A stretch of DNA of 64,000 nt from Chlorokybus atmophyticus (taxonomy: Eukaryota > Plantae > Mesostigma and Chlorokybus algae). Both the position numbers and the translations under genes were made by a program. The notes under the pieces are model-generated. The model had not been told where the DNA came from. It saw only the letters and a list, made by a program, of their open reading frames with translations, and searched no databases. Location: NCBI GenBank assembly GCA_009103225.1, contig RHPI01000003.1, forward strand, positions 280,900 to 344,899, given 5' to 3'. Shown here piece after piece: positions 50,099 through 61,540 of this stretch (its first letter is position 1; each line of letters starts with the position of its first letter).

Positions 50099-53000
50099 CT
50101 AAGCCTCTATAGCAGCTGCACAATCGCTCCTCTCTTCTCAATGACATCCCTCATTGGAAACCACCTGCGATGCATCTGCAAAACCAAGTGTTAGTGAGAA
50201 TGGCTGATATTAAAGTAAGTTAGTGCATCATCACCTGTTGCACAATAAGTGACGTGGGTGAGACAGGACCATCCCTAACAGCTTGCGCAAAAAAACTGTA
50301 CGTAGTGCAAGGCAAAATAACCACAGTCTGATTCATTACGCTGTTGTGGCACCTGCGCTAATGGTTGCAGGCATTAGTCAGTGCAATCCTCCTTGTCGCA
50401 ACAACGCAACGCATTGTGCAAACACTCACTTTTGGTGTTATCAATGGCATGTTGACCAGTGAGAAGCGATCACCAGGGCTTGTACGCCGCACGCGCTGCC
50501 ACATGAACTCGAGCTATGCCCTGAACGGCCCATTCACGTTCACATTGAATCCGTGCTTTGAGTCAAGATGCAGAAGGAAAGGAGGCGTGTCGCTGCCGGG
50601 CTCACCAGCAGGGTTGCACACAATCACCATCGACCAATGCACTCTGCCATCAATTGCTGCCATGAATAGGTGTTCCACACGCACTGCAAGGCATGCAAAC
50701 TGTGATTTCACGAGGACACGATGATTGCCTTTGGTTGACGGGTGCCACAAGGTAGTTGAAGCTGAAGGGGTCCTGCAACCATGACCAGCCCGCAACACGC
50801 TGGATGCTCTCAGCTGCTAAGCTGTAAAAGAAGGGCGATAGCATGACCACTTGATCTCGTCGCCTATTCCAACATTCTTCTTGCAAGTACCTACCATTGC
50901 ATGAATTAGTGATTTCGTGTTAGCTGACTATTCTCCAAATCAAAAGTAAGCTTGCAAAGTGCAAGCCATTAAGTTACCTGCAGTAAAAATTGATGATGGT
51001 ATCGTTGAGCCATTCACCGGGCTGCAGCGTTGCAATGTCGTGTTAAGTAATTGGCACCCGAGAATCACCTGCTGTAGGATAGTAAAAGGTGTCGAGCACC
51101 AAAGGGCCTGCACTCGCGCGTGAAGTCACCATATCCTCAGCACCGCCATCACCCAAGTTGTTGTTTTTGCTAAGCGCAGCCTCATCCATGTCTTCATATC
51201 CGTAACCATATTAATCACCTGTGCGTCAACCTCTGCGCACACGCATTGTTGGTTAGTACTATGTGGCTATGCATAAGTACACAAACAGCAAGCAAACATA
51301 ACACGTACACACCTTGTCCACTGCGGGCAGGTGCCTGCGTGCGGGCATTACTCTCATCCACTTGCAATTGACTGACTTTGGGAACATCATCAGCAACACC
51401 CTCCTTCCCTTCCTTCCTCGGCAGACACCTTGGCATCTTGACAGGTGCACCACCCTCCTCCAAGACAGCACAGCGCATACATGTCACGAGGTTCGTGCGA
51501 CCAGTTGAATGCTGCTTGCAGAAGCTGACTCGGCAAGTTGCGCAGCGCTGCACCGCCGGAAGCTCACAGTTTCAGCAGCTGCATTGGAAAATGCATGGTG
51601 AAATCAACAACGTAATGAGGTTCACACAATGTGAGTTTGATTGTTAAAATTGGCCTACCTGTGCCTTAGGCATTCCCATTCGGCCTCCTCGTCTTTTAGC
51701 AGTGGTTTCTCCAAGCAGCGGGGGTGGTAGCTCTTGAGGCAACCCTGCTCGTCGCAGCAGACAACATTACCACCATCTTTGCAAACAAAGCAGTAGTCTT
51801 CAGCTTCATCCGTGAAGACAGCTTCAGCTTCCAAGTTAGCTTGCGCCCTACCAAAGCACGTAAAGTGTGTGTGTGGTAGAAGTTGTTGCACAGCACAGCA
51901 CAACAAGGAGGACACCTTTTGTACTCCCAATGCCATGCGCGGAGCGTAGACCACGACCAATTGCTTTGCCCGCTGGACTCTCCAGGTCCCAATCAAACCG
52001 ATAGGATTGTGTTATCCTGACGGTTTGGTAGGGACCTGTGTCAACAAAGCCGCAGTGCGTGTGCAGCATGTGCTTACTGAATGAGGGCGCTTGATCCCCC
52101 TGCGCATGATACTTCGACGGTCTTTGGTCGACACAACAATGACGTGTTTGTTTTTAACATCTACGCCTTCAAACCACTGCCCACGAACCTAGTCATGTGT
52201 TGCACATTTAAGTGATTGAGATTAAGAAGGCACTGTGCAATTTGCGTCACACACATCCCACCTGATCACACGAGATGTGAGTTTACTTTGTGTAAAACGG
52301 CTTCCGCCGATCCACCAAAGGGAAGCCGTCACGAAACTTGACAGCCGAAGGGTTGTACCACTTGGCTCTCACCAGCTGATGCTCAATACCGGCGATGCAT
52401 ACCACATCAAACGACTGCACGCGCCCGTACCAGGTCACTGCTTCTGCTGGGCTTGCACACTCAGCATAGCCAATGGTAACTACTCCACAATCGATGGTCT
52501 CCATGCGTGACTCCATACTCTCTGCTCTGAACTGGCCAATGTCCTTGTATACGTCACGCTTATAACGCGACAGCTGGCTAGGCAGTTGCAGAAGGCTGTC
52601 CACATGATCGGTCAGAGGTCGACTTGGCCTCCATTCACAAATGTCATTGTTGAGGTTTTCCTCGCTGGCTTCTTGGCCTGCCCTCTTGGCTCTGCTGTTT
52701 TGCTGTCGCTGCTTCGCCTTCCAAGCTTGAAATTCTCTGCAGCATTCATATGTGAGTTGAAAATTCGCAGAATATTTAACTCGACACTCCTTTTGGCAAG
52801 CAGAAGCTCACCTTTTCAGCCTGTTGAACTGTTTGTCATTCTCCGCTAGCCAGTGCTCCAGCTGCTGGCGCAACTTGCTCTTGGCCCCGAACCGCACGAG
52901 ACGCTTTGCAAGCAGTCTAAAACCGTCATCCTGCCGCTGCTTTGTTGACCTCAAGGTGATAGTTGGGAACACTGTCTGCAGGTGATCCATCTGCGTGTTA

Positions 53001-56000
53001 ACCATTGTGTGGATGGCATACCGGTTCACAAGCAGACGTTAGCATGCATTTTGTCATTCATGTAGGTATGTCAGTGACTCACCTCCTGCAAGTGCTGGCT
53101 TCAATGGCTTGGCGCGCCAAACCCTTCTTTTTCACAAATTCAATAAGCCTCTCATAAGCCCACTCCCAGTAGTCTCGAACAGGACCCAACCACATGCATT
53201 GGTCCGCCAAGTGACCCAATAAATGCAGCATGCTGGTGAGACACGTGCGTGGGAAGTAAAGCTCCACCTCGCAATGCACCTCCCACACCATCAACTGCAT
53301 TGACAAATTATGTCAACTTTGCATGCGCCAAGATGCAACACACAGACCCTGAAGGCATGGTTGCTGACATACTCACACGCAATTCTTCCAGTTGGGATTG
53401 TTCAACTTCCAAAGCCATGAGTCGTTGATAGACTTCACAAAGCTTGGTTATGGTGGCCTTTTACTCAGCTCCTATCCCTTGTGCACAGCGCAAAACGTAC
53501 TGGAAGACAACAGACCATAGGTTGTGCTTGTCGTGGGACTTCGTAGACCCTGCATATAGTTGCACATTGCGAGAAAATATGCAAGCTGTTGTGTCATGTG
53601 GCAATGCTGGTGGGAACAGACAAGCACAACCTATGCTGTCAACTCACCTGGATTTTTGGAGAATGACTGCAGCTTTGCTCCAAAACTGCTCGGAACCTTA
53701 ACCGCGTCTATCAACTCATCCAGATCATCTATGTCAATCACCCATGGTGCTCTGGGCAGTTTTGTGACCTCAACCTCCTCATCATCCTTGTGAAAAAACT
53801 TCGTTTGCATGCGATGTTGTTAGCATCAACTACAAGGACATGACACATCCCGCATGCGCTCTGCTGCATAGCATGTGTCATCATGATGATGCATCAAACC
53901 TTGGGCCATAGCTCATGTATCCTGCCCTGCTTTTCAAGATCGCGGTATGCGCTGATGTTGTCACGACTCCCATTACCGGATAAGAGCTTTGCAAAATCGG
54001 TGGCCATATTTGCACAAATATGCATGGGCCCATTGACATGTCCAGCTAAAAATTTTGCCAACGGCATCCAGTAAGGCAGCTTGTGGAAGCAGCCAACGCC
54101 AAATATGCCCGATGCCTTTGATGGGTGGTTGGGTAACTTGTGGGGCAGTGTGGACTTCTGTGCTGCTGTACCCTGCCTGCAATGCATGACACGGTACGCC
54201 GACAGCATATCAAGGACAAGGACGACTCGCGCGTAGGCAATGCTGAGTTACCCACCTGAGCATAGAGACTGCAGTTCGTTGTGCTGGAGGTAGTCGCGTT
54301 TTCGGTTCACCAAAGCGCTCATCACTTCGATAAGGATGGTCGGGGGGCAACCAACGTCGATAGTTGTCGTAGATCACTTTATTCAGCTCAGGTACGTAAA
54401 CTCCACAAATAACGCATTTGGCGCACCCGCTCTTTGAGCCGTGAGGCATCTGCATGGCGGCCTTTGACAGCGCTGCATAGCAGTACTAGGGTCAAGAGAG
54501 GTCAAGACATGTTAAACTGCTATAGCAGCAAGTGCTAATTGATTGTACACATCTGAATACTCGTGAACCACAACTTCTAGAATGACCTTGCACGTGAAGT
54601 AGTACTCCTCATTGTGTGCATCGTACATTTTTATTTCTACATAAGGAAGGCATGCATTCAAATCCGCCCCACCCCCACAAAACAAACACCTACCATACCA
54701 CAGCTCTAGCAGTTGGTCAACAATCGGTTCAAGATACGGTTGTAGGGTTGCCGGCTGCTTGGGTCCAGGTATGACAGCAGCCAAAAATGTAGCATCTGAC
54801 TTGTTTATGATGTCCACGGGCAGGTTGAGGACTGACACTGCAATCAACTACAGCTCGTAGTTTCTTGCGTACTTCAGAAGCAATTCATTAACGACATTCA
54901 CCTATATCATATTATATTCTTCAATATATATATATATATATTGAAGAAGAAACATTTGGTGATTATGCACCTAGCCACCTTCGTGCGGGTCTTTGAAGGG
55001 GCTGAATCCGTCAAGAAAGAGAGCTAGCCGTAAATGTCTTGTTCATCTTTGAACTGTGGATATTGCCGCTCTGTCTCCTTGAACATCTTTGAATCTGCAA
55101 ATGGTCATACAGTTAGCAGAACGTTCACACATTAAGGTTGCACATTGAATTGAACAGTACCGTGGATAGATCGCACAACAGGGTCATCATTTGCTCCTCG
55201 CGATGTCATGTGGGCAGTCATGCATTTGCCAATGCTTGGCTTCTTGAACATGGCTCTTAACGCTCCCGCAATCTCAAAATAGCGTACAATTTTCCATGGG
55301 ACCCTTTTGCTAGCTTCCCATTTGAATCGCTTGGCCTTGCACACTGATGCAACACCAGTGTTATGGGTTCACAGATCACTATGAGCTGAGTGCAGAGACC
55401 AGAATGAATTAACCATCACGTACCTTGACAGCGCTTCAAGTGCGCGTTGCGACCGTAGTAAACGGTGCCGTCACAACTGTAAGCATGACATTACTTGAAC
55501 CCCATATTCAAATAACCAGTCATATTCAGTGCGCCATAAATGCTTTTCGGGAGGTTGTTACTCTCAGGTAGCGCATGAGCGTGCAGGAATCTGCATGAAC
55601 GCATGTCACTTTGCAGCCAAGTTGACACGGTAACTATTTGCTTAAGGCAAGTTCTATAGCCTTGGTTACCTAAATAGGCTGTAGACCAAGGCAAACGGTG
55701 CATCGTGGCGTTTTGCAAGGGCAAGCAAGCTGAGCACGAAGCCCAATGTAGTTGTGCGCGACCCAATAATCAATTGGTGTTCACGCAAACTTGATAGCGC
55801 ATCTCTGACTGCGGCCATGTGCACTTCTTCGTCTCTATAAAGCCCAGCAAACATCTCCCTGGCCTGTTCAGTATGAACTGCTGCATCCTCCATGGTATCC
55901 AAGACTTGGACCTTGATGGAAGACCTGGTTCAGCCTTAACTTTATGGTTGTCTTTTCTGGGCATTGCTGCATCAGGTTCTGCATCAGTCTCCTTACTTCC

Positions 56001-56681
56001 CTCGCTAGGTGTTGGCGACCAATACGTCGCTGTGCCTGTTCCACAATGTCATGGTGAGTGCAACATATTGCTGGTATAGCAATATTCCTCCACGTGGGAG
56101 TCAGTGTCCCTAACCTAGATAACTACTTATCACCATTCACACCTGCCAGCTCCTGAGACTTATCAAGGATCAGTACGTTGTTTTGACCGCCATTGTTAAC
56201 ACGAGAAGTATCTATGTTGTCGTTTACAATCACAACCACATCAATTGCAGATACAATCAAGAGTCAACAACATGCAGAGTTAAATACCGAATTTGGTATA
56301 CAAACAAATTATTTACTACAGTCTGCACTTTATACCTCGCACCTCATGCTGCAGATCACAAGCATCACCAGTAAAGCCGCTGAAACAGGGTGGTGGAGTG
56401 GAATGGTTCAGCACGTCAGCAGCGTGGAGACTGTCATTGTCAGCGAAAACATTAGCCCCAGTCTCTTGGGTGGAAGGATAAAAACATCTGTCCGCCTCTT
56501 CAAGAGATGGAATGAGGTGAGCATACTGAGGGAGAATTGGCTCTAATTGTCCACCCCACAAGTTTTGCCCTCCTGCTTCATGCGTAGAATTCCAAGTACG
56601 ATAGCGGTATTTGCAAACGCGGGCTCCCTTACAACTCTTGCATCTGCATCTCTTGAACTTCGGCAGCCTATCCTTTGGCAT
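50099..56681 (-). pseudogene. CACTA/EnSpm-type transposase gene (multi-exon) with C-terminal PHD-C5HCH and ULP1/C48 protease domains
   Basis: N-terminal RCRCKSC; NLPKSIY; LALFLDGFSPF; AVIPGPKQP..LQPYLEPIVDQLLELW; YRRWLPPDHPYR; ELYFP....SMLHLLGHL...GPVRDYWEWAYER (DUF4218-like); YGRVQSF..LVRAKWY (DUF4216-like); CFVCKDGG.VVCCD..GCLKSYHPRCL..WEC..HC.NC....RCATCRVSFCKQH; WLNDTIINFY, HWSMVIVCNP, LLHLDS, VPQQRNESDCG, WFPMRDV. GT-AG introns and some premature stops. Confidence 0.82.
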
Positions 56682-56794
56682 CCTTGCAACTTCGCTAGAC
56701 AACTACCAACAACCTTAGGTGATAGCCAAACCTCCAAGTTGCACCACTCCTCATAACCAGCTCCTCCAATGCAATGTCGTGTGCAAAGGTTGAA

Positions 56795-56976
56795 TAGGGT
56801 TTCGCAGGAGTTGTAGTCAGGGTTTCAATTAGGGTTTTTGAACCGGATTGTTGAAACTAGATCCGCTCAAGTGTCTCTACTCCTTTTCTAACTTCATAAT
56901 TCCATTCCAACGTGCTCCCATATCTGTGTACGTGCTCCCTACGTGCTTCCGAGAAATGCATCTGCTACTAGGGTTT
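56795..56976. promoter_or_regulatory. Telo-box (AAACCCTA/TAGGGTTT) cluster in the divergent intergenic region
   Basis: TAGGGTTT at 56795, 56830 and 56969, plus CAGGGTTT at 56818, between ATG 56681 (-) and ATG 56987 (+). Confidence 0.5.
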
Positions 56977-56986
56977 GCGTGGTAGT

Positions 56987-58660
56987 ATGCGCGGCGTCAA
57001 AGTGTGTAGCTTCTGCAAAGCATACGTGGTTAGGAATGGTAACTTGAAACGACTGTAATGTCACCACGACAAGTGCAAGCTGTACACTGAGCAGTATGGC
57101 TGCTATGAGGTCTGCTGGCACCATAAGGCCAGGGGAGACAATGTGAGGCAATGCAGACGGCTGGCAATATGCATGAGGCCAAAATTTTTTGGGGAGGAGT
57201 GCACTTGCCTGGATTGCTCGCTCTCCAAGTTTGAATGGGACGGCGAGCCTATGGATCACCTGCCTTGGGCTCGGCCTGGAGCATATTGAGATGGGCAGGT
57301 ATGTAATGTGGTTCGACGTCAGCTCACACGCAATGGCCGCGGCAAGTCCACTACTGCCCAAGATGATCATGACCACAAAGTGAGTTCAAATGTCCTTGTA
57401 AGCAGCAACACAGTGCTCACATACATGAACAACTCACTTCTGGTGGATGGTAGGGAAACACAGTTGTCGACACCGTCAACGACGTCGCGACACTGGCTGC
57501 TTGGCGAAAGAAGATAATTTATGAGGGGCAGGCTTTGGTGGCAAGTCATGTTGTGGTGTATTGGCCTGGAATGAGCACCTGGTATTCAGGTCGCATTATC
57601 GATATAGATGCAAATACAAGTATACAGGTAATCATATACTTCAGAGTACGCAATGTACATATGTGTACTCATTTAAGCACTTGCCGTGGCATAGGAAAAC
57701 ATACCATCCAGCACGACGATTACAATGAGGATCCACGGCTTCACATCTTGACCAAAAAGTGGAACATTGTGGCGATCCCAAAGCAGAGCCTTGTTCCGGA
57801 CATGCAGGTAGTGATGGTTCGTGTTGGGTCAATCCTGCCTGAAACTTCAGGACTTGCCTGGGGGAGAGCTCAATCCTTGGCCCAAGCCACCGCCACTTCT
57901 TTTACCGCGAACCGTATGCGACCCAAGCGGCAGGCGTTATAGGCCTCGTGCACTGGACCTTTTTTGCGGCGCGGGTGGAGTAGCCATGGGCCTGTACAGG
58001 GCAGGTTTTAATGTTGAGGGCATAGACAACAAGCCTCAACCATCATACCCATTTAAGTTCAATCAGCTGGATGCGCTAGACGCCGACCTGTCCCCATACC
58101 ATGCATTATGAGCGAGTAATCCATGTCAAGCGCTCAGTGGTGCCATCCCTTCTTGTCAATGAGCCACTTACGGAGATCACTGGGATCACGTCAACCTAAT
58201 TGCACCCATGAGAACAAGGTTGCAGCTGAGCGGCAAGCCATGGGTCATACAGAACGTAGCAGGGGCATTTGCGCACATGACTGCTCACCTCAAGCTATGC
58301 GGCAGCATGTTCAACCTTGACGTGTATCGGCATCGCATTTTTGAGACGAACCCCCCGCTGTGCTCAGACTTGAGATGCAACCACGCTGACTCTGCCCTTG
58401 GAAAGCTGTCCACCCACCCGGTACAGCGCAGGCAATTGAAACCTGGAGAGAGGCAGATCTACCCGATGTATGGTTGGGCATCCTGTCGTGGCACGATTGC
58501 ACGCTGGCAGTCAGCAATGCAGGTTTACTGGATGGAAGAAGAACATGAAATAAGAAATGCAATTCCACCTGCTTACTCTCAGCATATAGGTCGACTGCTG
58601 CTAGAGGCCATGGGCTTCATGTGGACTATACACCGTTTTACTGAGGTGGTCAGAGTGTAG
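56987..58660 (+). pseudogene. Spliced gene: Cys/His-rich domain, Tudor domain, phage/bacterial-type C5 DNA methyltransferase
   Basis: MRGVKVCSFC...CHHDKC...GCYEVCWHH...C...C...CTCLDC; Tudor-like ALVASHVVVYWPGMSTWYSGRIIDID..KHTIQHDD; MTase RALDLFCGAGG, GIDNKPQPSYPFKFNQLDALD, HAL*ASNPCQ (Cys at 58124-58126), GKPWVIQNV, LCGSMFNLDVYRHRIFE, AMQVYWM, EIRNAIPPAYSQHIG. Several in-frame stops. Confidence 0.85.
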
Positions 58661-58806
58661 TTATTATGTCTTGCAGCGCACTTGTTGGTATGACGACAGA
58701 CAAAGTGTTGTTTGCCAATGCCAAGATACACAAGCACTGCAACAGCATATGTCAACAACAACAATACCAACAATTACGTGCCTGTTGTAAAGTGTATATT
58801 CAAACC

Positions 58807-59560
58807 TGCCTGTGCTGCGGCAAAAAGGTGTTTGCTGCAAGCCGCTGGGGCAGCCTTGGGTATAACCCCTCAGTGGCCTTGTTGAGATGGACGATGAGAA
58901 GCCTACACATACACATGTGTGCACGCCAACAGCAACACCAACATGAGGAAACCATGCACTACAAGACCTTAGCATATGCACATGCTACATCGTGACTAGC
59001 GACTCTACACCAACAAGAGTGTTTTAGATGTATGTCCGCGCCGCGCCTGAATCTCTATTCAACTCATGTCCGCGCTTGGACCTTCTAAAGTCTTCGCCTG
59101 GAACCTTCCGGCGGCTATTAAGGGCAAGCTTACCGACTGATCTATTGACTTAAATGTAGGAATATCCTCAACAGGCCTTGCCTGTGCTGCGGCACAAAAG
59201 TTGTTTGCTGCAAGCCACTGGGGTAGCCTTGTGCATAACCCCTCAGTGGCCTTACCTGAGCTGCGGCACAAAAGGTGATTGCTGCAAGCCGCAGGGGCAG
59301 CCTTGGGCATAATCCCTCAGTGGCCTTGCCTGTGCTGCGGCAAAAAGGTCTTTGCTGCAAGCCGCTGGGGCAGCCTTGGGCATAACCCCTCAGTGGCCTT
59401 GCCTGTGTTGCGGCAAAAAGGTGTTTGCTGCAAGCCGCTGGGGCAGCCTTGGGCATAACCCCTTTAGGGCCTTGCCTGTGCTGCGACAAAAACGTGTTTG
59501 CTGCAAGCCGCTGGGGCAGCCTTGGGCATAACCCCTCAGTGGCCTTGCGGCAAAAAGGTG
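58807..59560. repeat. 73-74 bp minisatellite (one isolated copy at 58807, five tandem copies from about 59181 plus a partial)
   Basis: Unit cctgtgctgcggcaaaaaggt.tttgctgcaagccgctggggcagccttgggcataacccctcagtggccttg starts at 59181, 59255, 59329, 59402 and 59475. No spacers. Confidence 0.92.
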
Positions 59561-61540
59561 TTCTTTCGGTGTGTGCTTGCGCTAGCACTGTGTCTCTCAA
59601 AAGTTATTTCCCTGCTTTATTTTTGACTCTACTGTTGGTTAACTACGGTGTGTGATCCATAGGTAAAAAGCTACCATTTAGCGATGGCCGGTCGCTTTAG
59701 GTCCAGCGTGTTAATCTCGTCGAACATGCGGTAGGTTTTAGGTCTTGACTCAGTCGCTTGCATGCATTTAACAGAGGGTATGATGATCCAGCCGGCTGCT
59801 TTTAAGACAGCAGGTAAACCAAAGCTCGCATGCCAGGCATGGTGTGTTTGTGGATGAGACTCAGATCCGAGTATTTGGCTCCGTGTTTTGGGTGTCTTGA
59901 CATTCTTACAGCTGCTATCAACAGGTTGAGCATTGCCTGCAGCATGGTTGCAGGACACCGCCAGTCACGGTGCCCAAGAAGTTGGCAAGAGCTCCAGCGA
60001 CGACAGGGACATATACATGCATCCTTGCATGCGTATGACATGAATGTGCATGTGTGTATATGGTGTCCAGTCAGCTGGGGCAGTTGATTGTAAGCCCTCA
60101 TGTGTGTGTATGCGCGCGCGCGTGTGTTGCAAAAGTCCGTGTTCACTTTTTTTGCTGCGCAAACATACCTTGTGTTTGTGCATATGTGAGTGCAGTTGTG
60201 AGGGGCTTTTCCAACAGCATGTTTGGGCAATTCTACTGCCAGTGTTAGGAGCTTGCACGCCTGACTTGTGTCCAACAGTTTTGAGCGCAACCCGCTTTGC
60301 CTTACAGGCTGTGCTACGGCCATGAGGTAATACAAAGTACAAGGTCAGATCTTTGCATTATCCTTGCACAAGGCCTATAGTTTGGTGGTAGTATGATAGT
60401 TTGATAGTTGTATAGTTGTTGTGTAGTTGTATAGTTTGGTGGTAGTTTGGTAGTTGTTGTGTAGTATAGTCGTAACGTAACTAATCTGCTAGTCACTATG
60501 TTGTTGCGAACACAATTGTGGCGGTTGTGCCTGAGCTGATCTGCTGCTAGATCTCCAAGTTGCACAAAGGCACACACTCCACTGCTATTAGTAATTGCAC
60601 AAGCAACAGCCACACTTAGAGAATTACCAACAGAGCAGCTCAGCGGTAACCCGAGTGTAAAGGGCAAACAAAGTGTGTGTAGACCAATGGTCATTGCGAC
60701 GAGTCACTAGGTTCACTGGGTTTACTAGGAGGGTCGCAAGTAGGGAAAACTTTACTACAAATTGGTGTGAGACTGGTACCGGGCGTTGCACGAGGTGCAG
60801 GGACTTAAGAGCCAGTAAACACACTCCAGCGTGCAGCAATATTGTTGTCGCACTCGATCACAATGCGCAGGCCAGCAGCGCCATAGGTGCCCGAGTCAAT
60901 GATAGTGCGAGTAGGAAGAGGCGCATCTGGAGGCGAGGGAGTGTTCTCATGCACGGAGACTGCCACATACACACCGGTTTATACAGTAGCTGCAATTGCA
61001 ATGGGTGCCTAATGAACACTTCCACGAGTTGAAAGCTCCCAATTGCATAACTGGACCTGACAAACAAGTTTACTGAGTAACTCGCATGTTGCATCGCATT
61101 CATGCGTAAACATGCGCCAGAAGTTGATGCAAATACATAGGCAGTGCCTCTATTGTTATAGACATGAACTGGACACGCATTCAGGCAGTAGCATAGCATG
61201 ACATGCACGGCATGTAACGCGCAAGTGTGTTGCATGGTACTAATCAGAGCTGTGCATATATATAGGCGTTCTTATCATAGCAGGACAAACATATGCACAC
61301 TACACAGGCAAACTCAAGCCAAATCGCACACAAGGCATACGCATGTACAAACAATGCGCAACAGTATGGTACATGCATAGTGGCATGCATAGTCAGCAGC
61401 ATGCAGAGTGACATAGCGCACGCAACTCACACCATGTACAGCGAGAAAGATACCTGATGATAGCGAGCATCGCCAGAGTCCACATAGCCGTTCCATGGTT
61501 GTATCAAGACTGTTGATGATATTTTTATATCGCATCAGCC
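59060..61540 (-). pseudogene. Degenerate multi-exon gene with a Cys-rich motif (WKCSLGTHCNCSYC)
   Basis: GT-AG-bounded exon PVMQLGAFNSWKCSLGTHCNCSYCINR (about 60975-61056) and other short exons (e.g. ARPVEDIPTFKSIDQS). The motif resembles the end of zf-4CXXC_R1-type fingers. Gene model incomplete. Confidence 0.35.

Noticed and set aside
59181-59560. Regular repeat array as a CRISPR
   Set aside because: Units are contiguous with no unique spacers, there are no cas genes, and the context is eukaryotic.
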